A DNA stretch of 42,497 nucleotides from Clostridia bacterium (GCA_045590935.1 JAZNSA010000156.1:1-42497); one strand, 5' to 3'. Shown: positions 26,288-34,435, numbered from the stretch's first letter. Numbers and translations are program-made. The notes: a model not told the origin generated them from the letters alone.

Positions 26288-26921
26288 ATATTTTTAGCTT
26301 TTCCTTTGCAGATTTAATAAGCTCTACTGTTGCAGCATAAGGACTGTCCGCCTTCATAATTGCAGACACAACACAGATACCTGAAATATCAGTAGCTTTC
26401 AAGACGTCAATATTATCTTTATTAAGCCCTCCAATGGCATTTACGGGAATTGGAACTGCCTTGCATATTTCCCCAAGAGTTTCTACAGATGTTAAAACGG
26501 TTTTTACTTTCGTTGTTGTAGGGAAAATTGCGCCTACGCCAAGGTAATCAGCACCTTGCTCGTATGCTTTTTTTGCCTGCTCAACTGTTTTTGTTGTTGC
26601 ACCAATAATAAAGCTATCGCCCAATATTTTTCTTGCAATGTTTATAGGCATATCACTTTGCCCTAAATGAACGCCCTCCGCTCCTACCGCCATTGCAACA
26701 TCAATTCTATCATCAATAATAAGAGGAACATTATATTTTTTTGTCAGGATATGTACCTTTTTTGCTAAATTTATATACTCTCTTGTGTCCTTGTTTTTCT
26801 CACGAAGCTGTAAAAGTGTAACACCGCCTTTTAAAGCCTCTTCCGCTCTAAAAAGGAACTCGTCTTCCTCATAGCTTGCGCTGTCAGTTATAAAATAAAT
26901 GCTTGTATCAATACTTTTCAT
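26280..26921 (-). CDS. thiE: Thiamine-phosphate synthase
   Basis: YFITD, LQLREK, IIDDR, HLGQSD and the GAIFPT motif. Confidence 0.9.
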   Translation of the reverse strand: MKSIDTSIYFITDSASYEEDEFLFRAEEALKGGVTLLQLREKNKDTREYINLAKKVHILTKKYNVPLIIDDRIDVAMAVGAEGVHLGQSDMPINIARKILGDSFIIGATTKTVEQAKKAYEQGADYLGVGAIFPTTTKVKTVLTSVETLGEICKAVPIPVNAIGGLNKDNIDVLKATDISGICVVSAIMKADSPYAATVELIKSAKEKLKIYG

Positions 26922-27717
26922 TCCTTATTTCCTCCATTTTGATTTTCTCTTTTAATTCGCCTATATCAAAGGAAGATAATTCATCAACCAGATTTACACT
27001 AAATGTTGCATTTTTTCCTATCGCTTCTGCTTTTTCACCTGCAATACCTAAAACCGCACATGCAAGGATTGTTCCGATATATGCAGGGCTTGCAGAGATA
27101 AATGTTGCAACTAAGCTTCCTAACATACAGCCCGTACCCGTTATTTGGGATAATTGTTTTGTGCCGTTACTTATGAAGCACGTTTTTTCTTTCGACACAA
27201 TAATATCTGTTTTACCGCTTGCAAGAACTATGCAACCATATTTATTTGCAAGATATATCATAGCCCTTGTTATATCATTTATATCAAGATTTTCACTATC
27301 TACGCCGATAGTTTGATATTCATTTTCATACAAAGCATAAATTTCCGAATAATTTCCTTTAATCACATTCGGAGTATATTTTTTAAGTAGCTTTTTTGTG
27401 TATGATTTTCTTAAATTACTGCAAGCAATTCCAACTATATCAAGCACAATCGGAACAGAATACTTTTTTGCGGATTTCATTGAAGCTTTAATTGATTTCA
27501 TTCTCACATCAGTTATGTTTCCGAGATTAACTAAAAGAGCATTACTTGTTTTTGTTATGTCAGATACCTCATTCGGATGCTCTGCCATAATTGGTTTGTT
27601 TCCCAATGCCAAAACAGTATTTGCACAAAGGTTTATTGAAATTGGATTTGTTATAGAGTGTATTAAGTTTCCGCAGCTTTTAGCTTTTTTAAAAGCATCA
27701 ATCAGTTTGTTTATCAC
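26908..27717 (-). CDS. thiM: Hydroxyethylthiazole kinase
   Basis: IHSITN..., LVNLG and ITGTGC motifs. Confidence 0.9.
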   Translation of the reverse strand: MINKLIDAFKKAKSCGNLIHSITNPISINLCANTVLALGNKPIMAEHPNEVSDITKTSNALLVNLGNITDVRMKSIKASMKSAKKYSVPIVLDIVGIACSNLRKSYTKKLLKKYTPNVIKGNYSEIYALYENEYQTIGVDSENLDINDITRAMIYLANKYGCIVLASGKTDIIVSKEKTCFISNGTKQLSQITGTGCMLGSLVATFISASPAYIGTILACAVLGIAGEKAEAIGKNATFSVNLVDELSSFDIGELKEKIKMEEIRNEKY

Positions 27718-28438
27718 GGGCAGTACCTTCTTTCCCTAATTTCTTTACTAAATAATAAACAATACCTATTGCTGTAAATACGACCAAAACAACTTTTGAA
27801 ACAAATGAGCATACGTTCGCATCAATTTTAAATATACCGCTTGCAAGATTTATGACAACATATCCTATCACGCCAATAGCTGCAATGGAAATACTGTTAC
27901 CAAGCAAGCTGCTTTTATCCATATAGGAATCAGTTGCAAGTTTTCTTTGTACTTCTTGAAGTACGCCATTTTGAGATAGCTTCTTTAGAAAGGTATATGC
28001 TATAATTCCTCCTATAAGAGTTCCGCATACAAAAGAGGGAACATAAAAGAGCCATGATAATCCTTCTTTACCCCAGAGAAAGGTCATTACAGGGTAAGAC
28101 ATAATTGCGCCGATAATACCCGTTCCGATTACCTCGCCCAATACTGCCATAAGCAAATTGCCTTTAGACATTCTATAAAATACACCTGATAAAAATGCAC
28201 CAAAGATTGCGCCTGTAAGAGCAATAGGTGGAATACCCATTGTCGCCATTCTGATTATTCCAATGATTGTTGCACAGGCAAGCGAAAACATCGGTCCAAG
28301 AAGTACCGAGCATACAACATTAATAAAGTGAGCCATAGGGCACATACCTTCAACTCTTAGTATTGGTGATATAACCACACCAAGAGCAATCATAAGAGCA
28401 AGCACTAACATCCTTAAAAGTTTTTTTGAATTTTCCAT
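27698..28438 (-). CDS. thiW: ThiW-type ECF S component (thiazole precursor) with an extra ~80-aa C-terminal membrane extension
   Basis: CPMAHFINVVCSVLLGP...GAIFGAFLSGVFYR resembles ThiW. 246 aa against the roughly 160-170 aa I recall for the family. Confidence 0.7.
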   Translation of the reverse strand: MENSKKLLRMLVLALMIALGVVISPILRVEGMCPMAHFINVVCSVLLGPMFSLACATIIGIIRMATMGIPPIALTGAIFGAFLSGVFYRMSKGNLLMAVLGEVIGTGIIGAIMSYPVMTFLWGKEGLSWLFYVPSFVCGTLIGGIIAYTFLKKLSQNGVLQEVQRKLATDSYMDKSSLLGNSISIAAIGVIGYVVINLASGIFKIDANVCSFVSKVVLVVFTAIGIVYYLVKKLGKEGTARDKQTD

Positions 28439-28465
28439 GTGTTTTTACCTCGTTTCATAAACAAT

Positions 28466-28567
28466 TTCAAAGTATTTTATACCTTGTCGGTCGTGAATTA
28501 CTTTTCACCTCTCACCTCGAAACACGAGTTCCCATCGCAAAATTCAAAGATGTCAAGCGCTCCCTTG
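28466..28567 (-). promoter_or_regulatory. Second, degenerate TPP-aptamer-like element between the riboswitch terminator and thiW
   Basis: RNA CAAGGGAGC...CUCGUGUUUCGAG-GUGAGAGG-UGAAAAGUAAUUCA-CGACC parallels the 5' half of the upstream aptamer (CAAGGGAGC-CGG..CGG-CUGAGAGG-AAGUAAUCGAACUU-CGACC). The 3' half lacks ACCUGAU/GCGUAGG. Confidence 0.35.
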
Positions 28568-28603
28568 CCACCCGAAAGCTAACCTCCTTTTTTAAAGTAT
28601 AAG

Positions 28604-28636
28604 AAAAAACGGACAACCCCTTGCGGGCTATCCGTC
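28604..28636 (-). terminator. Expression-platform terminator of the TPP riboswitch
   Basis: ACGGAUAGCCC-GCAAG-GGGUUGUCCGU followed by UUUUUUCUU. Confidence 0.75.
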
Positions 28637-28645
28637 TAAAATCAA

Positions 28646-28745
28646 GCTTTATGACTTCCTACGACGGCATTATCCGCATCAGGTTTAAAGGTCGAAGTTC
28701 GATTACTTCCTCTCAGCCGTCTCTCTCCGGCTCCCTTGTGTTTTT
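28646..28745 (-). promoter_or_regulatory. TPP (THI-box) riboswitch aptamer
   Basis: The minus-strand RNA contains GGGAGC..., CUGAGA, ACCUGAUGCGGAUAAUGCCGUCGUAGGAAG, the hallmark THI-element blocks. Located upstream of a thiamine operon. Confidence 0.9.
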
Positions 28746-28759
28746 TTGACTACATATGT

Positions 28760-28788
28760 ATTATACACCTAATTTTATAAAATTGCAA
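28760..28788 (-). promoter_or_regulatory. Sigma-A-like promoter TTGCAA-17-TATAAT for the thiamine operon
   Basis: Hexamers at 28783-28788 and 28760-28765 on the minus strand. Confidence 0.55.
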
Positions 28789-29021
28789 TAGATTGATGAC
28801 ATTTTTTTTATTTATTTTTCAATTTAACATTTTTCTTGCGCTTTGCCGCTTCAAGTAATCGCTCGTATTCTGCCTTTGTCAGTTCTTTTTCTTTGTCTTA
28901 AAGATTTGTCTTTGAATTTTTAAGGTTTTAACCTTTAATTCGTGCCAATTCAAAAATACAAAGAGCGCATTTAACGACGATAAATATTATATATTCATCT
29001 ATCTCAATTGTCAATAAATTT

Positions 29022-29894
29022 TTACCCTATTTTTTTCTTGTATGCCGTCGGCGATATTAAAACAACTTTTTTAAACGCCCTTGAAAAATTATGTATGCAA
29101 GAATATCCAAGCATATCGGCAATCTGGCTAACGCTGTACTCATCGTTTCTAAGTAACTTCTTTGCCTCATTAATTTTCAAATTACTGTAATATTCAATAG
29201 GACTTTGCCCGATATTAGTCTTAAAAATATGACTGAGCTGAGATTTTCCAAGCATAAAATGCTTACACAAATCCAAAAGCGTCAAATTTGAATATAAATT
29301 TTCTTCCATATACGATATAATAAGATTACATACCGAGCTTTTAGATAAGGCACGAGATTCCTCAGTTGAAACAATCTTATTGTTAAAATCGTAGCTGTTT
29401 CGTATAAGATTTATCAAAAGCTCCGTAAAATAACAAGAAAGAAGCTGAGTAGAAGCAAAATTTTCATTTGAAAAATTAAGGTCTGTTTTATTTGAATATT
29501 CGTGCGGAATATCTCCCAAAGAGCTCTTCGCCTCTGCCATAAAAAGACTTAGAAGAGTTTTAATCGTTTTGTCGGACTCAAATATTTTTCCCTTAAAAAA
29601 CTTCATTTTTTCGCTATTTGACGTAAACGAAATAACAAACATATTATTTGGCGAGTGCTTATCCGATATATGCGCATGAATTTCGTTTGGCTCATGAAAA
29701 ATTATCTGACCCTGAGTTAAAGTACAACTGTTGCCATCTGTTAAAGCTAAAACGTTTCCACTATCAACATACACCATTTCCCAAAAATTATGTTTTTCGA
29801 GAGTATGTGAAAAATTTTTTCCAAATTCAAAATAATATATATTATTAAAGCCCTCAATTTCAATCTCATTTATAATATTTTGCAGTTTAAACAT
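29022..29894 (-). CDS. AraC-family transcriptional regulator (N-terminal cupin sensor, C-terminal HTH)
   Basis: The C-terminus SQIADMLGYSCIHNFSRAFKK..ISPTAYKK is the AraC HTH signature. Divergent from 30031. Confidence 0.85.
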   Translation of the reverse strand: MFKLQNIINEIEIEGFNNIYYFEFGKNFSHTLEKHNFWEMVYVDSGNVLALTDGNSCTLTQGQIIFHEPNEIHAHISDKHSPNNMFVISFTSNSEKMKFFKGKIFESDKTIKTLLSLFMAEAKSSLGDIPHEYSNKTDLNFSNENFASTQLLSCYFTELLINLIRNSYDFNNKIVSTEESRALSKSSVCNLIISYMEENLYSNLTLLDLCKHFMLGKSQLSHIFKTNIGQSPIEYYSNLKINEAKKLLRNDEYSVSQIADMLGYSCIHNFSRAFKKVVLISPTAYKKKIG

Positions 29895-30030
29895 AACCCG
29901 CTCATCCCTCCAATCGGAAAAAATGATAAAAAAACAATAATAAATGTTAAAGACATTTGCCTAAAAATATTATACAATTAAGTAGGCTATAAGTCAATAG
30001 CTGTAAAGAAAAATTATGGAGGTGTAATTT

Positions 30031-30729
30031 ATGAACGTATTAGCTATAGGTTGTCATCCTGATGACATTGAGATAGCGTGTAGCGGAACTCTTGCAAAAT
30101 GTGTAAAAAGAGGAGACAAGGTAACTGTTTGCCACGTTGCGAACGGAAATATGGGGCACGAAATTATAAAGCCCGATGAGCTTCGTGATATGAGAGCTGC
30201 AGAGGCTAGGTCTGCAGGTGCTTTGGCAGGAATAGAGGTTGTAACGGTTGATATCGGCGATTTGCTTCCTAACGGTTGCGATATTGAGCAGAGAGATAAA
30301 ATAGTTGAGGTTATAAGAAAGGCTCAGCCTGACTTTATTATTACTCACAGTCCTACAGACTATATGCCTGACCACCTTGCTGTTTCAAAGCTTGTTTTTG
30401 ATGCATCCTTTGCGGCAAGCGTTCCTCAGTATGGCAAAGGTGAAAAAGCTGCGCTTACCCCTATATATTATATGGATAACCTTGCGGGCTTGGAATTTAA
30501 TCCGACAGAGTATGTTGATATAACAGATGAAATCGAGCTTAAGCTTCAAATGCTTGAGTGCCACGAAAGTCAGCTTAAGTGGATGAGAGACCACGACAAT
30601 ATCGACTTTGCTCAGTTTGTTCGCACTTGCTCAGCTTTCAGAGGCTTGCAGTGTGGCGTTGATTATGCAGAAGGCTTTACTCAGTCGTTGGCTTGGGGCA
30701 AGGTTGTTCCAAAAAGATTATTACCATAA
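30031..30729 (+). CDS. PIG-L/LmbE-family N-acetyl-sugar deacetylase
   Basis: AIGCHPDDIEIACSGT plus a downstream HSPTDYMPDH motif (zinc-binding LmbE signature). Confidence 0.8.
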   Translation: MNVLAIGCHPDDIEIACSGTLAKCVKRGDKVTVCHVANGNMGHEIIKPDELRDMRAAEARSAGALAGIEVVTVDIGDLLPNGCDIEQRDKIVEVIRKAQPDFIITHSPTDYMPDHLAVSKLVFDASFAASVPQYGKGEKAALTPIYYMDNLAGLEFNPTEYVDITDEIELKLQMLECHESQLKWMRDHDNIDFAQFVRTCSAFRGLQCGVDYAEGFTQSLAWGKVVPKRLLP

Positions 30730-30766
30730 AAATTATTAATTTTAAATTTATTAAATTAAGGAAAGG

Positions 30767-31714
30767 ATGAATAAAATGGATTTTTTGAGTACAGTAAAAG
30801 GTAGTCTTTTAGAGAATTTCTATCCAAAGGGATGGGATTTGAAAAAGATGGATGAATGTTGTGAAAAGGGTGTTGAAAGAGAGCCTTTCTGGCACAAGGA
30901 TTTTAGCCCCGTAGAGTGTCAGGATATTTATGAATTTGATACATTTATGGGTCATGAAATTGCTCTCCAGATTAAAACTGCTCGTGATAACGGCGAGAAG
31001 TTGGCAATGATTTTGCCTGTTGGACCTATGGGAATGTATCGTTGGGCTGTATATTTCTTAAAGGCTTGGAACGTTAAGTGCGACCATGTTTATACTTTTA
31101 ATATGGACGAGTGGGCAGATGGCGAGGGTAATACTCTTCCAAGCGACAATCCTGCATCTTTCGAGTATAGCATGAAGGAAGCTTTCTTCAATCAGCTTGG
31201 CGAAAATACAATTCCTCCAAGTCAGCGTAACTTTGCAACAAAGGACAATCTTCCTACATATCCTGAAAAGATTGCTAAGCTTAAGAGCGAAGGCGTTAAG
31301 CTTGTTTTGGTTTTCGGTATCGGAAGAGCTTGTCATATTGCTTTCTGGGAGCCTCATTTTGCAGATGAATTTTCATCTGTTGAAGAGTGGAAAAAGCAGT
31401 GCTACCGTATTGGTGCTAAGCTTCATCCTCTAACAATTGAGCAAAACGCTATAACAAGCTTCAAGAGCCGTTCAACTCTTGTTCCTTGCAGCGCTAACAC
31501 AATTGGACCAGGGCTTTTCTTGCAGGCTGACTACATTATCGGCGGAGCAGACGGTTCTTTGGGACGCGGAATGGGCTGGCAGGGAATGAGCTTCCTTACA
31601 ACATTGCACTATGGTCCTGATATGAATATCACATCAAGCTTTATGCCAACAATGCCAGGTAAATTATTCTATCTAAAAGAGCTTGCAGGTCCTTTAACTG
31701 CTGAATGTAACTAA
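30767..31714 (+). CDS. Glucosamine-6-phosphate deaminase/isomerase-like protein (long NagB/6-PGL superfamily member)
   Basis: ...[11 protein letters not shown]..., comparable to the NagB MDEY motif, and [13 protein letters not shown]. 315 aa with an extra N-terminal segment. The start may be the ATG at 30776. Confidence 0.65.
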   Translation: MNKMDFLSTVKGSLLENFYPKGWDLKKMDECCEKGVEREPFWHKDFSPVECQDIYEFDTFMGHEIALQIKTARDNGEKLAMILPVGPMGMYRWAVYFLKAWNVKCDHVYTFNMDEWADGEGNTLPSDNPASFEYSMKEAFFNQLGENTIPPSQRNFATKDNLPTYPEKIAKLKSEGVKLVLVFGIGRACHIAFWEPHFADEFSSVEEWKKQCYRIGAKLHPLTIEQNAITSFKSRSTLVPCSANTIGPGLFLQADYIIGGADGSLGRGMGWQGMSFLTTLHYGPDMNITSSFMPTMPGKLFYLKELAGPLTAECN

Positions 31715-31726
31715 TAAATATTATAT

Positions 31727-31752
31727 AAGGGGTTGCCAATCGGCAACCCCTT
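31727..31752. terminator. Bidirectional terminator between convergent genes
   Basis: AAGGGGTTGCC-AATC-GGCAACCCCTT, a perfect 11-bp stem with A/T runs on both sides. Confidence 0.7.
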
Positions 31753-31758
31753 TATACT

Positions 31759-32373
31759 TCATGAATTTTCTCTCTCTTTTTTAGAAAACACGCACCCGCA
31801 ATAATTCTGACGATATAATCCAAACTCCGCCGAAAGCTCCGTCGAACGCTTGTAGCCGTTTTTCTTTTTAAAATCCGAAACCAAATATCTTACTCCGTAT
31901 TTATCAGCTAACTCCTCGCCGATTTCATTTAGCTTCTCTGCATTTTTTAACGGGCTTATCGAAAGTGTCGTACAAAAACAGTCGAACTCATTTTCCTTTG
32001 CATACCTTGCGCTTTGCTCAAGGCGCAGTCTGTAGCAAGCAAAGCATCTCTCTCCGCCTTCTTTTATGCCCTCAAGCCCCGCTACCGCCGAATAAAACTC
32101 TTTATCATCAAACGGGCAAACGACGGTTTTTACATCAATTCCCATTAATCCTACAAGCTTTTCTTGCTCCTCTGCCCGTTTAAAAAATTCTTCGGGCGGA
32201 TAAATATTTGGATTGTAAAAAAGAATTGTTATATCAAAAAAGCTTGACAAATACTCTAAAACATATGACGAGCACGGCGCACAACAGCTATGAAGCAAAA
32301 GCTTTTTCTTCTCTCCGCTTAATTTTTTCAACTCCGACTCAAGTTCAATTTGAAAATTTCTTTTGTTTTTCAA
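31759..32373 (-). CDS. queH: Epoxyqueuosine reductase QueH (DUF208)
   Basis: LLLHSCCAPCSSYVLEYL, YNPNIYP and C-terminal YRQNYCGC. Confidence 0.85.
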   Translation of the reverse strand: MKNKRNFQIELESELKKLSGEKKKLLLHSCCAPCSSYVLEYLSSFFDITILFYNPNIYPPEEFFKRAEEQEKLVGLMGIDVKTVVCPFDDKEFYSAVAGLEGIKEGGERCFACYRLRLEQSARYAKENEFDCFCTTLSISPLKNAEKLNEIGEELADKYGVRYLVSDFKKKNGYKRSTELSAEFGLYRQNYCGCVFSKKERENS

Positions 32374-32385
32374 TTATATCCCTCT

Positions 32386-33552
32386 TTAAATTGCATTTTT
32401 AAGGCTTGAAGAAAGCTCATCAAGCGATTTTTGACACGCCTCGTCAACACGAACATTAATCGTTACAACAGGCTCTAAAATTTCAATATCTTTAAGCGTT
32501 TCAAGGATTTGGCGCATAGTTTTTGCCGCACTTGGCGCCCATGCACCATTTTCAATTAATCCAACCGTTCTCTTCTGGAAGTTTTTCGACTTAATATGAT
32601 GTAAAAAATCACTCATAACAGGTATTACCTCAGCATCGTACGACGATGCCGCAAGCACGATATGACTATACTCAAATGCCTTTGATACGCAGTATGACAT
32701 ATCCTCTCTTGCAAGGTCTAACGCTAAAGAATCAACGCCGCTTGCTTTAAGCTCATCTGAAAATTTAACCGCAACCTCTGCCGTATGCTTGTGAAGCGAT
32801 GCATAGCAAACTAAAACGCCTTTCGTTTCAGGCAAGTAGCTTGCCCATGTTGTATACTTGTCAATATAATATCCAAGGTTGTCGTTTAAAATTCTGCCGT
32901 GAAGAGGGCAAATGGTTTTTATATCCAAAGCGGAAGCCTTTTTCAAAAGCGCCAAAACAGATGCTCCGAATTTTCCAACAATATTTATATAATATCTCCT
33001 TGCTTCGTCTAGCCAATCGCTCTCGTCGGTGTGCGATGCGCCAAATGTTCCGAAAGCATCTGCAGAAAACAAAACCTTGTCCTTTGCATCATACGTTACC
33101 ATAACCTCAGGCCAATGCACCATAGGCGCCGTATAAAACGAAAGAGTGTGTTCACCAAGGCATAGCGTTCCGCCATCTGTTACAACAACCTTATTTTCGG
33201 AAAAATCAAAATCAACAAATTTATTGAGCATAGAAAATGTTTTTGCATTACCAACAATTTTTACATCGGGATATTTTGCCAAAAATCCCGCAAGCGAGCC
33301 CGAATGGTCAGGCTCAAGATGATTTAAAATCAAATATGTCGGCTCTTTGCCGTTTAACGCAATTTCAAGCTTTTCTAAATACTCATCCATCTTAACCGAA
33401 TCAACAGTATCCAAAATTGCAATTTCTTTGTCCAAAATCACATAGGAATTATAGCTTATACCCGACGGAATAACGTACTGCCCCTCAAAAAGGTCCGTTA
33501 CGCTATCGTCAATTCCAATACATATAATGTCTTTCGTTATTTCTTTGCTCAT
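32386..33552 (-). CDS. FprA-family A-type flavoprotein (flavodiiron protein: metallo-beta-lactamase-like plus flavodoxin domains)
   Basis: HLEPDHSG diiron motif, then a flavodoxin-like C-terminal half. Confidence 0.85.
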   Translation of the reverse strand: MSKEITKDIICIGIDDSVTDLFEGQYVIPSGISYNSYVILDKEIAILDTVDSVKMDEYLEKLEIALNGKEPTYLILNHLEPDHSGSLAGFLAKYPDVKIVGNAKTFSMLNKFVDFDFSENKVVVTDGGTLCLGEHTLSFYTAPMVHWPEVMVTYDAKDKVLFSADAFGTFGASHTDESDWLDEARRYYINIVGKFGASVLALLKKASALDIKTICPLHGRILNDNLGYYIDKYTTWASYLPETKGVLVCYASLHKHTAEVAVKFSDELKASGVDSLALDLAREDMSYCVSKAFEYSHIVLAASSYDAEVIPVMSDFLHHIKSKNFQKRTVGLIENGAWAPSAAKTMRQILETLKDIEILEPVVTINVRVDEACQKSLDELSSSLKNAI

Positions 33553-33619
33553 AAAAGCAATCCTCCTTGTAGATAATAATAGTGTATATCAGGTAGATAA
33601 TATTGTTTCCACACACTTT

Positions 33620-33940
33620 AATTTAATTCACGCACAATGTAGATGCCACTGTCAAAGGCTCCCTTGTGCAAAGTGAGCTCGGCCTTAAGCGGTGAGGAAT
33701 TGTCAGACAAATCTTTTTAACAATACTCCCGTCATACTTCGTATGCCACCCTCCTTTACACAAGGAGGGCTGTGAATTGACAACTGTCGCTGTCATGAAT
33801 TGGCGTTCCGCCATGAATTGAATTGCCTTTAATGCACTTTAGTGCAATTCATGAGCCGTAAGGCTCAATTCATGAAAATCTTGATTTCAATTCATGCCGA
33901 AGGCAATTCATTGAGTTCAAGTGAAACTTGAACTCATTAT
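33620..33940. repeat. Dense cluster of short hairpins and CAATTCATG/CATGAATTG 9-mers (REP-like array)
   Basis: CCCTCCTT-TACAC-AAGGAGGG hairpin. CATGAATTG at 33794 and 33812. CAATTCATG at 33845, 33866 and 33888, with a variant at 33904. GAGCC-GTAA-GGCTC and TTCAAGT-GAA-ACTTGAA hairpins. Confidence 0.75.
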
Positions 33941-34042
33941 ACCACAAACGGCCCAATTCGTCAATAATTGAGGCGAAAAAGGTTGTTTTCTCTAAAAATC
34001 CGAGAAAAATTCTAAAAAAATTGAAAAAATTTCAAAAAAGTA

Positions 34043-34071
34043 TTGACAAACCAAAAAAAATGTAGTATACT
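34043..34071 (+). promoter_or_regulatory. Sigma-A promoter TTGACA-17-TATACT for the tRNA cluster
   Basis: Hexamers at 34043-34048 and 34066-34071, about 30 nt before tRNA-Met. Confidence 0.6.
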
Positions 34072-34101
34072 TATATCCGTTGCTAATAAGCGATAAAATG
34101 T

Positions 34102-34178
34102 GGCGGTGTAGCTCAGTTGGCTAGAGCAAACGGTTCATACCCGTTAGGTCGGTGGTTCAAGTCCACTCGCCGCTACCA
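34102..34178 (+). tRNA. tRNA-Met (CAU), elongator type, CCA encoded
   Basis: Manual cloverleaf: acceptor GGCGGUG/CGCCGCU, D arm GCUC..GAGC, anticodon stem AACGG/CCGUU with loop UUCAUAC, T arm GGUGG-UUCAAGU-CCACU. No initiator features. Confidence 0.9.
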
Positions 34179-34213
34179 TTTTAGAGGTTAAGTATGAATT
34201 AACCTCTATGTAT

Positions 34214-34288
34214 GGCCCATTGGTCAAGCGGCTAAGACGTCGGCCTCTCACGCCGGAATCAAGGGTTCGATTCCCTTATGGGTCACCA
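34214..34288 (+). tRNA. tRNA-Glu (CUC), CCA encoded
   Basis: Acceptor GGCCCAU/AUGGGUC, anticodon loop CUCUCAC, T arm AAGGG-UUCGAUU-CCCUU. Overall GGCCC.UUGGUCAAGCGG resembles tRNA-Glu. Confidence 0.85.
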
Positions 34289-34319
34289 TAAAAATTCCTG
34301 CAATAAGCGGGAATTTTTT

Positions 34320-34395
34320 GGGAGTATAGCTCAGCTGGGAGAGCATCTGCCTTACAAGCAGAGGGTCACAGGTTCGAGCCCTGTTACTCCCACCA
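34320..34395 (+). tRNA. tRNA-Val (UAC), CCA encoded
   Basis: Acceptor GGGAGUA/UACUCCC, anticodon stem CUGCC? read as CUGC-CUUACAA-GCAG, T arm ACAGG-UUCGAGC-CCUGU. Confidence 0.9.
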
Positions 34396-34435
34396 AAAAT
34401 TCCTCATTCGTAAGAATGGGGAATTTTTACTTTTT
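34396..34435 (+). terminator. Terminator after the tRNA cluster
   Basis: AAAUUCCUCAUUC-GUAA-GAAUGGGGAAUUU stem followed by a U-rich tract. Confidence 0.7.

Noticed and set aside
28808-28897. 29-codon minus-strand frame DKEKELTKAEYERLLEAAKRKKNVKLKNK resembling the N-terminal region of tyrosine recombinases, just upstream of the thi promoter.
   Set aside because: It is too short and low-complexity to call, has no start codon and has no flanking catalytic-domain remnants. It could be chance in AT-rich DNA.
33794-33912. Possible CRISPR-like array from regularly spaced CAATTCATG repeats.
   Set aside because: The repeats are only 9 nt, spacers are 7-13 nt, two copies are inverted relative to the others, and no cas genes are present. 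It does not have CRISPR architecture.
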